Shown one piece after another: positions 7,681 through 16,964 of a stretch of DNA of 39,475 nt. The stretch spans positions 1-39,475 of the forward strand of contig CAZOFQ010000002.1 of the NCBI GenBank assembly GCA_964579105.1, read 5' to 3'. Position 1 is the first letter of the stretch. Every line of letters begins with the position of its first letter. This DNA is from an uncultured Lachnospiraceae bacterium. Its GTDB lineage: Bacteria; Bacillota; Clostridia; Oscillospirales; CAG-272. Made by a program: the position numbers and the translations under genes. Under the pieces are notes generated by a model, which made no database searches, was not told the origin of the DNA, and worked only from the letters and a program-made list of their open reading frames with translations.

Positions 7681-9129
7681 ATGATAAAGACAGCTTTTTT
7701 GGGCGTTTGCCTGCTTATTTTGCTGCTTGGTGTGCTTGCGGGCTTTCTGCGCCGCACCAATCGTGCGCTTGTTCGCCTCATCACTCTGGTATTTTGCGCG
7801 GCAGGGGCATTCCTCATTGCCAAATTCGGCGTGAAAAAATTAGGGGCATCCGCGGTGGAGTCTCTCGTGGGGCAATTGGTCGAAAATCCCGACCTTGTGG
7901 CTTACGTGGAGAATAATCCCGAATTTGTGGATCTGCTGGTTTCCCTGTGCACGGCATTGGTCGCGCCTATTCTGTTCCTCGTGTGCTACGTTATTCTCAA
8001 GGCGATCACTCTGATTATTTATAAGATCATTTGTTGGGTGTTCCATGTAAAGAAGAAGCCCCGCGTCTTGGGACGCACGGGCGGTGCGCTAATTGGGCTT
8101 GCCTGCGGGCTTATCGGTGTGTTGGTTTTGGTCACACCCGTATTCGGATACGTGCACATGGCAGATCACGTGCTTGGGGAGCTTCCCGTGTCCGAAGAGG
8201 ATTCCACCATGGCGCAGGTGAATACCGTTACGGAAATTTGCGATACACCCGTTGCCGCAACCGTATACAATGTGCTTGGCGATACGCTGTTTGCCGAGCT
8301 GACCTCTGTGAAATGGAACGACGAGAAGATCGTTTTGACGGATGAGATCGACACCGTGGTTGTTGTGGTTGACAGCTTTTCCGTTCTGAAGCAAAATTCG
8401 ATGGAGAATTACGGTGATGCCGAGATCGAAGCGGTTTCCAATATGACTACCGCTATCGGGGAATCTCCTCTGTTTTCCAATCTCGGCTCGGGGCTGCTTG
8501 CGGGTGCATCCAACGCATGGCTGCGCGGAGATAGCTTCCTCGGCATTTCCAAGCCACAGATCACAGAAAACGTGGGTACTATGCTGGACGGCTTTTTAAA
8601 GGTGTTTTCTACCTCCAACGCGGAAAATTTCGGCGATGACCTGAAGACCTTTTCGGATTTGTTTGCCGTGCTTATCAAGCACGATTTGTTTGGTGCGGCC
8701 ACACAGACCGAAAACGACTTCGCCACGCAGCTCACCGCCGTCGGTGTGATCAACGAGGTCTACGCCACCCTGGACGCCAATCCGCATATGCAACCCGTGA
8801 AGAAGGCGATCGCCGACATCGGTGTGCGCATTATGATGAGTAGCCTTGGTGTTCCCGCCGACCTACGCGAAACGCACGGTGAAATGATGAAGGACATCGC
8901 AGAAGCCTTGAAGCAGCTTGCGGATGAAAACGGCAACATGGACGCGACCGAGCTGAAAAATGAGTTAAAGAGCATCGTTGGCGCGCACGAGGTCGAGGTG
9001 AGCGACAGCGCTTTGCAGCTGGTGGCAGACGGCTTTGCCGCCGAGTTCACCTCCGAGGAAATGAATACGCTGACACAAAGCGAGATCGTAGACCGTTTGA
9101 CCGAAAGATTCAACTCCACACACGAATAA
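7681..9129 (+). CDS. CvpA-like multi-pass membrane protein with a long soluble C-terminal extension (hypothetical)
   Basis: There are four or so N-terminal TM helices resembling colicin V production (CvpA) family proteins, then about 300 aa of acidic helical sequence. The ATG at 7681 is 8 nt from a GGAG RBS. Confidence 0.45.
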   Translation: MIKTAFLGVCLLILLLGVLAGFLRRTNRALVRLITLVFCAAGAFLIAKFGVKKLGASAVESLVGQLVENPDLVAYVENNPEFVDLLVSLCTALVAPILFLVCYVILKAITLIIYKIICWVFHVKKKPRVLGRTGGALIGLACGLIGVLVLVTPVFGYVHMADHVLGELPVSEEDSTMAQVNTVTEICDTPVAATVYNVLGDTLFAELTSVKWNDEKIVLTDEIDTVVVVVDSFSVLKQNSMENYGDAEIEAVSNMTTAIGESPLFSNLGSGLLAGASNAWLRGDSFLGISKPQITENVGTMLDGFLKVFSTSNAENFGDDLKTFSDLFAVLIKHDLFGAATQTENDFATQLTAVGVINEVYATLDANPHMQPVKKAIADIGVRIMMSSLGVPADLRETHGEMMKDIAEALKQLADENGNMDATELKNELKSIVGAHEVEVSDSALQLVADGFAAEFTSEEMNTLTQSEIVDRLTERFNSTHE

Positions 9130-9136
9130 TGAAAGA

Positions 9137-9170
9137 GAGAGCCTCTGCCGGTTGGCAGAGGCTCTTTTTT
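9137..9170 (+). terminator. Rho-independent terminator
   Basis: AGAGCCTCTGCC-ggtt-GGCAGAGGCTCT followed by TTTTTT. Confidence 0.8.
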
Positions 9171-9198
9171 GTGCATATACTCAAAACGAGGTGATGAT

Positions 9199-9762
9199 AT
9201 GCTGGTGATAAAGCCGTATGACAGGGAAAAGGCGCTACTTTATGCGCGCCGTTGGGCGCTTGCGCGCAATCCGCTTTTCTTCAATTTTACGGGAGTGGGC
9301 GGAGATTGCACCAATTTCGTGTCGCAGGCAGTGCTGGCGGGGAGCTGCGTGATGAATTTTACCCCCGATTTTGGGTGGTATTATATCTCCCCCGACGATC
9401 GCGCCCCTGCCTTTACGGGCGTGGAGTTTTTCTGGGACTTTTTTACGGGCGCACCCGATTTTATTTCCGTCAATGGCGGTGTGGGACCGTTTGGACGCGA
9501 GGTGGGAAGGGAGGACGTAATGCGGGGGGATGTGGTGCAGCTCGGACGCGCTGACGGAGATTATTACCACACCTTGCTCGTCACGGAATTTATGGGAGAG
9601 GAAATTCTTGTGAGTGCTCATTCCAACGATGTGTACAACCGCCCTCTTTCCTCGTATAACGCGCCGCTTGTGCGCTTTTTACATATCGAGGGCGTGCGTT
9701 TGGAGCTGCCGCTTGAGGATTGCTTTGAAGACCTGATCAAGGGGCGCTCTCTGCCCCTATAA
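9199..9762 (+). CDS. Putative amidase-domain protein (NlpC/P60-like papain fold)
   Basis: YARRWALARNPLFFNFTGVGGDCTNFVSQAVLAG...HTLLV...SAHSNDV matches the 'putative amidase domain' family, with a Cys in GGDCTNFVSQ and a His in the YYHT region. Confidence 0.6.
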   Translation: MLVIKPYDREKALLYARRWALARNPLFFNFTGVGGDCTNFVSQAVLAGSCVMNFTPDFGWYYISPDDRAPAFTGVEFFWDFFTGAPDFISVNGGVGPFGREVGREDVMRGDVVQLGRADGDYYHTLLVTEFMGEEILVSAHSNDVYNRPLSSYNAPLVRFLHIEGVRLELPLEDCFEDLIKGRSLPL

Positions 9763-9847
9763 AAGTTCACATTTCCCCTCTTGTAATCGGTTCTTGTTTG
9801 TGATACAATGGGCGGGTAATTGGTTTTGTCGAAAGAGAGGGATCGTG

Positions 9848-11146
9848 ATGGCGGAGGTGATTTCGGTATCCTGCGGTGCAGTGGCGTCCATGCTGGCGCT
9901 CGCGCTCACCGAGCACCGCTTACACCCAAAGCATTTATCTGTGCGTATTTTCTGGATCGCGCCACTCCTTGGCGCCCTGCTGCTGATTCTGCTGGGCGAT
10001 CCGGAGCTCTCCCGTGTGTGGGCGGGGCTTACCGCTGACAGCGCAGTGAATCCGCTGAAAATTCTGGTGCTGTTTTTCGCCATGACGCTCATGTCCGTTT
10101 TTTTGGACGAGGAGGGCTTTTTTCGCTATCTTGCGGGCGTGGTGCTTTGCCGCGCGGGCACAGACCAGCGCAAGCTGTTTTTCCTTTTGTATGCCGCGGT
10201 GTCGGTGCTGACGGTGTTTACCTCCAACGATATCGTGGTGCTGACCTTCACCCCCTTTATCTGTTACTTTGCAAAGCACGCCAAAATCGACCCGCTGCCG
10301 TATCTCATTTGCGAATTCGTGGCGGCAAACACCTGGAGCATGGCGCTGATCATCGGCAACCCCACCAACATTTATCTGGCGGCGGGGGCGGGGATCACGT
10401 TTGCCTCGTATCTGCGCGTGATGCTGTTGCCCACGGTCCTCGGCGGCGCGGTATCGCTTTTGATGCTGTGGCTCTTGTTTGCAAAGCGCTTGCGCGCGCC
10501 GATGCAGGCGTCCGACGAGGTCGAGCAGATCGCGGATAAGCCTACCGTGGCACTCGGCATTTCCGCACTGGGCGGCTGTATTGCCTTGATGGTGCTTTCT
10601 TCCTATATCAATATCCCCATGTGGCTGATCGCCGCCGTGTGCTGCGTATTTTTGTATTTCTGTGCCGTGCCCGAGCTTGTGTGCCGCCACCGCGACCTGC
10701 GCCCCGTGACGCACAGCCTTGCGCGCGCTCCCTTTGATGTTATCCCCTTTGTGCTTTCCATGTTCGTGCTGGTGATGGGACTGGAGAGCGTGGGTGTGAC
10801 CGCCATGCTCTCTGAATTCCTGCTTGGCACGGGCGAGGTGCTCCGTACGGGCGTTGCCTCCTTCCTTGCCGCAAATCTTGTGAACAATATCCCTATGAGC
10901 GTGCTGTTTTCCTCGGTGGTCTCCCCTGCGGGCACGGCGTCGCTCCCTGCACTCTATGCCGCCGTGATCGGCTCGAACGTCGGTGCGTTCTTCACACCCA
11001 TGGGCGCGCTTGCGGGCATCATGTGGATGGCACTGCTCAAGCAGTACGACGTGAAATTGTCCTTCGGCAAATTCATTGCCTACGGCGCGGCGATCTCTAT
11101 CCCGACGCTGCTTGCCGCCCTCGGAGGGCTTGCACTGGTGCTGTAA
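9848..11146 (+). CDS. ArsB/NhaD (citrate transporter-like) superfamily permease
   Basis: About 430 aa and about 10-12 TM helices. It carries motifs typical of arsenical pump/anion permease proteins (FFAMTLMSVFLDEEGFF, NDIVVLTFTP, GNPTNI, NNIPM). Confidence 0.75.
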   Translation: MAEVISVSCGAVASMLALALTEHRLHPKHLSVRIFWIAPLLGALLLILLGDPELSRVWAGLTADSAVNPLKILVLFFAMTLMSVFLDEEGFFRYLAGVVLCRAGTDQRKLFFLLYAAVSVLTVFTSNDIVVLTFTPFICYFAKHAKIDPLPYLICEFVAANTWSMALIIGNPTNIYLAAGAGITFASYLRVMLLPTVLGGAVSLLMLWLLFAKRLRAPMQASDEVEQIADKPTVALGISALGGCIALMVLSSYINIPMWLIAAVCCVFLYFCAVPELVCRHRDLRPVTHSLARAPFDVIPFVLSMFVLVMGLESVGVTAMLSEFLLGTGEVLRTGVASFLAANLVNNIPMSVLFSSVVSPAGTASLPALYAAVIGSNVGAFFTPMGALAGIMWMALLKQYDVKLSFGKFIAYGAAISIPTLLAALGGLALVL

Positions 11147-11213
11147 AAATTGCAAGGCGTTAGCTTTGCGCCCCCCAAGGATTAATATAATACTCGCCAA
11201 AAAGAGGTGCAAA

Positions 11214-11453
11214 ATGTTCAAGAATAAAAATGAGGGCAGGAACAATTTGTGCGGGGATAACATTCGTAAGCTCAGGTTGTGCTATCCCACAAAGCTTTCA
11301 CAAAAAGGTCTCGCGGATAAAATGCAGCTGATCGGTATAGACATAGATAAAAATGCAATACAAAGAATAGAGAGTGGGAAAAGATTTGTTACCGATATCA
11401 AGCTGAAGGGGTTTGCAAAAATATTCGGAGTTCGTGTTGATCAACTCATTTAG
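11214..11453 (+). CDS. XRE-family helix-turn-helix transcriptional regulator (stand-alone, 79 aa)
   Basis: GDNIRKLRLCYPTKLSQKGLADKMQLIGIDIDKNAIQRIESGKRFVTDIKLKGFAKIFGVRVDQLI is a canonical HTH_3 domain. There is an AGAGGTG RBS. Confidence 0.8.
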   Translation: MFKNKNEGRNNLCGDNIRKLRLCYPTKLSQKGLADKMQLIGIDIDKNAIQRIESGKRFVTDIKLKGFAKIFGVRVDQLI

Positions 11454-11472
11454 ATCAAAATAAGCATCATAT

Positions 11473-11506
11473 AAAGAGGACGGAGATTTTGGGTCTCTGT
11501 CCTTTT
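11473..11506 (+). terminator. Rho-independent terminator
   Basis: AAAGAGGACGGAGA-ttttggg-TCTCTGTCCTTTT. Confidence 0.7.
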
Positions 11507-11585
11507 ATATAGTTGCGCTTTTGTGAGGATTAATTCCAAAAAATATCCATTAAGAAAAAGCCCTGAAATTTTTTTGCCAAAACGC

Positions 11586-11643
11586 TTGACAAGCGGGGGA
11601 AAGCATGCTATACTATATTTAACAGATAAGTTAAATGTTAAAT
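11586..11643 (+). promoter_or_regulatory. Promoter plus probable ArsR/SdpR operator
   Basis: TTGACA (11586-11591), a 17-nt spacer, then TATACT (11609-11614). Just downstream is the inverted repeat ATTTAAC-n6-GTTAAAT-GTTAAAT (11617-11643). Confidence 0.55.
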
Positions 11644-11658
11644 GAAGGGAGAAGAACA

Positions 11659-11952
11659 ATGGGCTTACAGCAAACCATGCGTGCGCTGTCCGATCCCGTG
11701 CGGCGTGAGATCCTGACGCTGCTGAAGCGCGGCAGAATGGCGGCGGGAGATATTTGTGCGCATTTTGATATCACGGGCGCGGCGATCTCGCGGCATTTAT
11801 CTGTGCTCAAGGAAGCGGATCTGATACGCGACACGCGAGAGGGAAAATTTATTTATTACGAGCTGAACGCATCCGTGCTGGAGGAGATCCTCATGTGGAT
11901 TGCGGCTTTGAAAGGGGGAAAAAACGATGTGGAAGAAGCTGATGGAGAATAA
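11659..11952 (+). CDS. ArsR-family (SdpR-like) transcriptional repressor
   Basis: MRALSDPVRREILTLLKRGRMAAGDICAHFDITGAAISRHLSVLKEADLI is a winged-HTH ArsR signature. It overlaps the next gene by 26 nt. Confidence 0.85.
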   Translation: MGLQQTMRALSDPVRREILTLLKRGRMAAGDICAHFDITGAAISRHLSVLKEADLIRDTREGKFIYYELNASVLEEILMWIAALKGGKNDVEEADGE

Positions 11953-13036
11953 ATGGAAGCTGTTGCTTTCCTCGCTGCTGACGTTAGCGCCGATGCTTGT
12001 AGGTGTGATCTTGTGGGATAGACTTCCCGAAGAGATGGCAATGCACTGGGGCATGACCATGGGCGAGGCAAACGGCTATGGTGCACGTGCCCTTGTGGTG
12101 ATCGGTATGCCGTTGATCCTGCTTGGAGTAAACCTACTCTGCCTTGCCATTACCGCGGCAGACCCGCGCAACAAGGAGCAAACGGATAAGGGCTTTGGCA
12201 TGGTATTTTGGATCATGCCCCTCACATCCGCCTTTGTCTCGGCTATTGTGTATACCACGGCGTTTGGCATGATGCCGAGCATGAAGTACCTGTTGCTCTT
12301 TCTCGGCGCACTACTTGCCATTATAGGTAACTATATGCCCAAGCTGCGTGCAAATCACACCATCGGGATCAAGCTGACGTGGACGATCTACAACGAGGAA
12401 AACTGGCATAAAACGCACCGTTTAGCGGGTAAATTGTGGCTGGTCGGTGGAATTTTGGTGATGGCATGTGCCTTTTTGCCGGGTGCTTCGGCTCTGATCG
12501 CCTTTGCCGTGCTGTTGCTTATAATGATGGTCGTGCCGCTTGTGTATTCCTACACCTATTATAAAAAGCAGCTGCGCGAGGGAACTGCTACGCCGATCGA
12601 GCGCACGGCGCGAGAGAAGCAAATGACAAAGGTCGGCATCATCGTCACCTCGGTGCTGCTTACGATCGTTCTGGTGGTCGTGATGATCCTGATGTTCACG
12701 GGAGATATTGACGTGGAATATAACGAGGAGAACATCAAAATTGAGGCTTCCTACTATAACGATCACTATGTGGCGTATGACTCTATCACGGATATAGAAT
12801 ACCGTGAATCGGGTGATCTCGGCACGCGCGTGTTTGGCTACGGCTCGCCGCGGCTTTCCATGGGCGGCTTCCAAAACGAAGAATTCGGCACCTATACGCG
12901 CTATACCTATACGCAGTGCGATGCACACGTGGTAGTTATAGCGGACGGACACGAGATCGTGCTCGGCGGCAAAACCGCGGAGGAAACGAGAGCAATCTAT
13001 GAAAAGCTGTGGAGCATCGTAGGCATAGGCGAATAA
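11927..13036 (+). CDS. SdpI/YhfL-family membrane protein (DUF1648 plus SdpI) fused to a C-terminal bacterial PH-like domain
   Basis: N-terminal LPEEMAMHWG (DUF1648-like). GNYMPKLRANHTIGIKLTWTIYNEENWHKTHRLAGKLW is the SdpI immunity-protein signature. The C-terminal roughly 100 aa (YVAYDSITDIEYRE...GHEIVLGGKTAEE) resemble bPH domains. Confidence 0.75.
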   Translation: MWKKLMENKWKLLLSSLLTLAPMLVGVILWDRLPEEMAMHWGMTMGEANGYGARALVVIGMPLILLGVNLLCLAITAADPRNKEQTDKGFGMVFWIMPLTSAFVSAIVYTTAFGMMPSMKYLLLFLGALLAIIGNYMPKLRANHTIGIKLTWTIYNEENWHKTHRLAGKLWLVGGILVMACAFLPGASALIAFAVLLLIMMVVPLVYSYTYYKKQLREGTATPIERTAREKQMTKVGIIVTSVLLTIVLVVVMILMFTGDIDVEYNEENIKIEASYYNDHYVAYDSITDIEYRESGDLGTRVFGYGSPRLSMGGFQNEEFGTYTRYTYTQCDAHVVVIADGHEIVLGGKTAEETRAIYEKLWSIVGIGE

Positions 13037-13064
13037 AAAAAGCCGCCCTTGGGCGGCTTTTTTG
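13035..13064 (+). terminator. Rho-independent terminator
   Basis: AAAAAAAGCCGCCC-ttg-GGCGGCTTTTTTG. Confidence 0.85.
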
Positions 13065-13172
13065 CTTGAAGTGGATTGTAAATTTTAAACCTTAAGGGGT
13101 ATACAAAAAATAAAAGTTATGTTATACTGAATAACGATATGCCACAAATCCGACGGCAAGGAGGTACACCAC

Positions 13173-14489
13173 ATGGAGAACTGGCGACAGTACATCCCGT
13201 TATATCTGCGCATCTTCCGCGCATTTTGGCTCTACCCCTGCTTTTTGCTGATCTGGGCGCTATGCACACTCGCTATGGGTGGCTTTGGAGAAGATCCTTA
13301 TCTGAACGTTGCCGCGGCATGCTTTATGCCGCTTGTATATTTCAGCGTGGTGCGTGTATTTTCCGAGGCGGACGGTGCGGCGATCGCGCAGTACAGAGAA
13401 AGCGGGGCTACGGGTCTGCTTTCCCGTGCGCGGGTGGTCGTTTGCTCAAGATCCTTTCTGCTTGACGCGGGCTTTGTTGCGGCATTTTTGCTGATCCTTC
13501 CCTTTGAGGCAGGCTTTTATAATTTTGGTGCTATTCTTGCTACGGCAGAATTATCGCGCGGTGCGATCAAGCTGATCGCGCTGGCGGTGGGATTGCCACT
13601 CTTTTTCCTGCTCAGCGTTTGGGCGCGGCTTTCCGCCTGGCAAAGAAGCGCGGATAAGGCAAGAGCGATCCCTGCGCCCGAGCAATCTGCGCCCGACATG
13701 ATGATGGAAACACTTGCACGAGGGAAATGGGCGGCGCATAACATGGGAGAGAGCTTCGAGGGGGTCAATCAACCAACGGGCACGATAGATGCCGCAGGTC
13801 GGCAATGGCTGCGCCGCGAGAGCTTTGATAAAAAGCGCCTTCTCCTTCAGCTTTTGGCACTTCTTGCCATTTACACGTTTGGCGGCTTTGCGCTTTATAT
13901 GGTTGTTCCTATTCTTGTCAGTGCCTTCTTGGTGTTGCTGGAAATGGGCAAGCTGCGCTGGTGGCTGCCTGTGCTTTTGGTGGCGGGAACGATCGCGGGC
14001 TTTTGGCTGTTTCATATTTTTCGTGCCATACGGATCCGCCGTAATTTTATCAAAAATCTCAAAAAGCTGTGCCGCGAATACGGCTTTCGCTTCGAGGGAC
14101 TAAAACGCCCCTATCTTTCGCTTTTTCAATACCGTGACGGGGTCAATTTCACGGTGTATGCCAACGGAAAAGCCTATGACTGCAAATTTTTCTCGGCAAT
14201 GCGCCGCCATTGGGAGCTGTTTTTTGACGAGAAGGGAAAGGTGTATTGCCGCCATGCGCTGCGCTTTCGGCGTGTGGAGCTGTTGTGCTTTACTACGGAA
14301 TATGATTTTTCCTTTGACAGCGAGCACGCAAAGATCTGTATTGTCTCTCCCGTGCCTAAAGTGATCTATGCGGGCAACGATGTGTGGCACCGCCCTATTG
14401 ATACGGGTATGGCGGTGAACGGCTACCGCATCTTCAGCTCGTCGGGATTGCTCCATGCGCTCAAACGCGACTGTGTGGAAAAGGATTAA
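13173..14489 (+). CDS. Hypothetical multi-pass membrane protein with a soluble C-terminal domain of about 150 aa
   Basis: 438 aa. An AAGGAGG RBS lies 7 nt upstream. There are at least 6 hydrophobic helices in two blocks. The C-terminal domain contains YDCKF...(12 aa)...FFDEKGK, which loosely resembles a PD-(D/E)xK/NERD-like motif. No family was confidently recognised. Confidence 0.6.
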   Translation: MENWRQYIPLYLRIFRAFWLYPCFLLIWALCTLAMGGFGEDPYLNVAAACFMPLVYFSVVRVFSEADGAAIAQYRESGATGLLSRARVVVCSRSFLLDAGFVAAFLLILPFEAGFYNFGAILATAELSRGAIKLIALAVGLPLFFLLSVWARLSAWQRSADKARAIPAPEQSAPDMMMETLARGKWAAHNMGESFEGVNQPTGTIDAAGRQWLRRESFDKKRLLLQLLALLAIYTFGGFALYMVVPILVSAFLVLLEMGKLRWWLPVLLVAGTIAGFWLFHIFRAIRIRRNFIKNLKKLCREYGFRFEGLKRPYLSLFQYRDGVNFTVYANGKAYDCKFFSAMRRHWELFFDEKGKVYCRHALRFRRVELLCFTTEYDFSFDSEHAKICIVSPVPKVIYAGNDVWHRPIDTGMAVNGYRIFSSSGLLHALKRDCVEKD

Positions 14490-14497
14490 ACCAAATA

Positions 14498-14528
14498 AGA
14501 AAGCCGCCCAACGGGCGGCTTTTTTCTT
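14498..14528. terminator. Bidirectional terminator between convergent genes
   Basis: AGAAAGCCGCCC-aac-GGGCGGCTTTTTTCT, with A/T runs on both sides. Confidence 0.8.
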
Positions 14529-15159
14529 ACAGTAATTCGGTAAAGCTTTGGATGTAGCGGTCGCACACGGCTTTGATCTGCTCGGTATATTCCGCGGAGG
14601 AGGCGTCATATACGCCAAAGACCTGCATCCCTGCACTTTTTGCCGTTTTGTCGGCATTGTAGTTGTCGTCAAGAAAGATCACGTCCTCTACGTTTACACC
14701 AAGCCGCTTTGCGGCGGCGCGGTAGATAGCAGGGTCGGATTTTCCCGTGCCGAAATCCTCGCAGGACCACACGTTATCAAACAGGTCGTAAAGCCCCAAG
14801 CGCTTGAGGCACGGATCAAGGATGGGGTGCGGACTTGCCGTAAGCACGTTCAGACTGTCGCCGCGTGCTTTCAGCGCGCGCAGCGTTTCGCAGACGCCGT
14901 CCTTGGCGGGAACATGGTGGGTATATGCGTCGGTGGCGAGTGCGTACATGCGCGCGACAGCCTCCTCCACCGAGAGGGGCAGCCCCAGCTGCTCCACAAA
15001 ATACCTTGCCGTGAGCACGTAGCCCAAGGGGGTTACGGTTTTGAGAATATCCGCAGGGTAGCTAACGCCTGCGTCATCTAAGATCTTTAGCATCATAGCA
15101 CCGTAGGTGGGCATGGAGTCCACCAGCGTGCCGTCAAAATCAAATAGGTAAACAGCCAT
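14527..15159 (-). CDS. HAD-superfamily hydrolase (phosphatase, subfamily IA-like)
   Basis: MAVYLFDFDGTLVDS is the DxDGT motif I. There is also a later DDN motif (VIFLDDNYNADKTA). Confidence 0.85.
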   Translation of the reverse strand: MAVYLFDFDGTLVDSMPTYGAMMLKILDDAGVSYPADILKTVTPLGYVLTARYFVEQLGLPLSVEEAVARMYALATDAYTHHVPAKDGVCETLRALKARGDSLNVLTASPHPILDPCLKRLGLYDLFDNVWSCEDFGTGKSDPAIYRAAAKRLGVNVEDVIFLDDNYNADKTAKSAGMQVFGVYDASSAEYTEQIKAVCDRYIQSFTELL

Positions 15160-15785
15160 TATTTCTCCTGCAGATACAGCACGTTGATGTAATGCTCGAT
15201 GATATCCACGCAGCGCTCAAACCCTAACTCCTCGGTGTTCAGGCACAGGTCGTAGTTGCGTGCGTTGTCCCACTCCACTCCCGTGTAGTAGCGGTAATAG
15301 GTGCTGCGGGCACGGTCGATGCGCTCGATCTGGCGCAGGGCGTCCTTTTCGGAAAGACCGTAAAGGCGAGTGACCTGCTCGATACAGAATTTGGGGGAAG
15401 CGTGTGTGAAAACGCGCAGCACGTTGGGGCGGTCGCGCAGCACGTAATCGGCGCAACGCCCCACGATAACGCAGCTTTCCCTTTCCGCAAGCTGCTTGAT
15501 GATCTTTGCCTGATAGTTAAAAAGATTGTCGTCAGAGGTAAATTCTCCGCTTTCGGGGGAAATGAGCTGCTCACCGAAGGAACGGTCGTAGCGCTTGAAG
15601 AGCGGGGTGCGCTTGCTCTCGTCTGCGCGGCCGAACAGTGCCTCGTTGATGCCGCTTTCCTCGGAAGCGAGCTTGATGAGATCCTTGTCGTAATAGCCGA
15701 TGCTCATGCGCTCGGCGAGCATACGTCCGATGGTTCTGCCGCCACTGCCGAAGCCTCTGGTTACGGTTACGGTAAATTTAGCCAT
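15159..15785 (-). CDS. Cytidylate kinase-like family protein
   Basis: TVTRGFGSGGRTIGRMLAERMSIGYYDKDLI is the typical N-terminus of the AAA/cytidylate-kinase-like family in Firmicutes. Confidence 0.75.
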   Translation of the reverse strand: MAKFTVTVTRGFGSGGRTIGRMLAERMSIGYYDKDLIKLASEESGINEALFGRADESKRTPLFKRYDRSFGEQLISPESGEFTSDDNLFNYQAKIIKQLAERESCVIVGRCADYVLRDRPNVLRVFTHASPKFCIEQVTRLYGLSEKDALRQIERIDRARSTYYRYYTGVEWDNARNYDLCLNTEELGFERCVDIIEHYINVLYLQEK

Positions 15786-15859
15786 GGTAGATCCTCCTTA
15801 TACTGCTATATCACTTTTATTATAACACCGTCAAGACGATTTGTCAAAGCCTTTATCGC

Positions 15860-15892
15860 AAAAAGCATCCGTGGCTCCACGGATGCTTTTTT
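15860..15892. terminator. Terminator hairpin downstream of the oxidoreductase gene
   Basis: AAAAAGCATCCGTGG-ctc-CACGGATGCTTTTTT. Confidence 0.8.
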
Positions 15893-15904
15893 GTATAGAG
15901 AATA

Positions 15905-16945
15905 TTACCAGGAGAAGTATTCGGGAACGCAGGGCTTACCCTCGGCTGCGGACTTCACGGCTGCCTGGCAAACAGCCACGGTGTTTGCACCTTGGATGAC
16001 GTCGCATTCGATGGGCGTTTCGTTCAGGATCACATCACAGATATCTTCGATCTCTGCGGTCATGTTATGGCTGTTGATCGCCACGGGAATCTCGGTGGGG
16101 AGATACTTGGTGGCGGGCTTGCCACCCGACTTGGAGTAGGTGAGGTCGCGGTACAGCGTCATGGTGGGGGACGTGTTGTCTACCACGATGGTGCCCTTGG
16201 TACCGTAAAGCACGGTGCGCATGGTGTAAGGGCGATGGCAACCGATGGAGGTCATCACCTTGCCGATGACGTTGTTGGGGTATTTGAGTACAGCGATGTA
16301 GCAGTCATCCACGGGCCAGTGGGGGAGTGCAATATGGTTGGCGTAGCAGAAGACCTCGGTGGGGTCGCCTGCGATCCAGCGCAGCAGGTCCATAGCGTGG
16401 CAACCACCGCCCACGATGGGGTAACGGAGGTTGACGGGGTCGTGGCGCCAGCCGTCGATATCCTCGATAATATCATAGTTATGTGCATACTCGGACTCGA
16501 TGAAGAAGAGTTGACCGATTTCACCTGCATCCACCAGTTGCTTGGCGGCGATGAAGGCGGGCGTCTTGCGGCAGACCTGACCAACCATGAACTTCTTGCC
16601 CGACTTCTTTGCAGCGGCAACGATCTTTTCGCAGTCCTCCATCTTCATGGCAAGGGGCTTTTCGCAAAGCACGTGATAGCCTGCTTCGAGTGCCTTTACG
16701 GCCTGCTCGGCGTGTACCTGGTCAGGGGTGCAGATGACCACGCAGTCAAAGCCGCCGTCAGCGAGCATCCGGTCGTAGTCCAGATAGTATTTGTCCAGAC
16801 CGTTTTCCTGTGCGCGCTTCTTCGCGTACTCCTCGTGAATGTCGCATATAGCGATCAATTCTGCCTGAGGGAGCTTGTTGATACCGTCGATGTGGTGCCT
16901 TGCGATGCTGTGCACACCGACAACTGCAAAACGAACCTTATCCAT
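15905..16945 (-). CDS. Gfo/Idh/MocA-family NAD(P)-dependent oxidoreductase
   Basis: [15 protein letters not shown] Rossmann N-terminus, plus [33 protein letters not shown], the hallmark EKP motif. Confidence 0.88.
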   Translation of the reverse strand: [346 protein letters not shown]

Positions 16946-16964
16946 TTGAAAATACCTCCAAATT

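Noticed and set aside
9935-11263. 442-aa minus-strand ORF
   Set aside because: It is antisense to the ArsB/NhaD permease gene. The protein is an Arg/His/Gly/Gln-rich low-complexity product typical of the reverse strand of a GC-rich membrane-protein gene, whereas the plus-strand product has clear family motifs.
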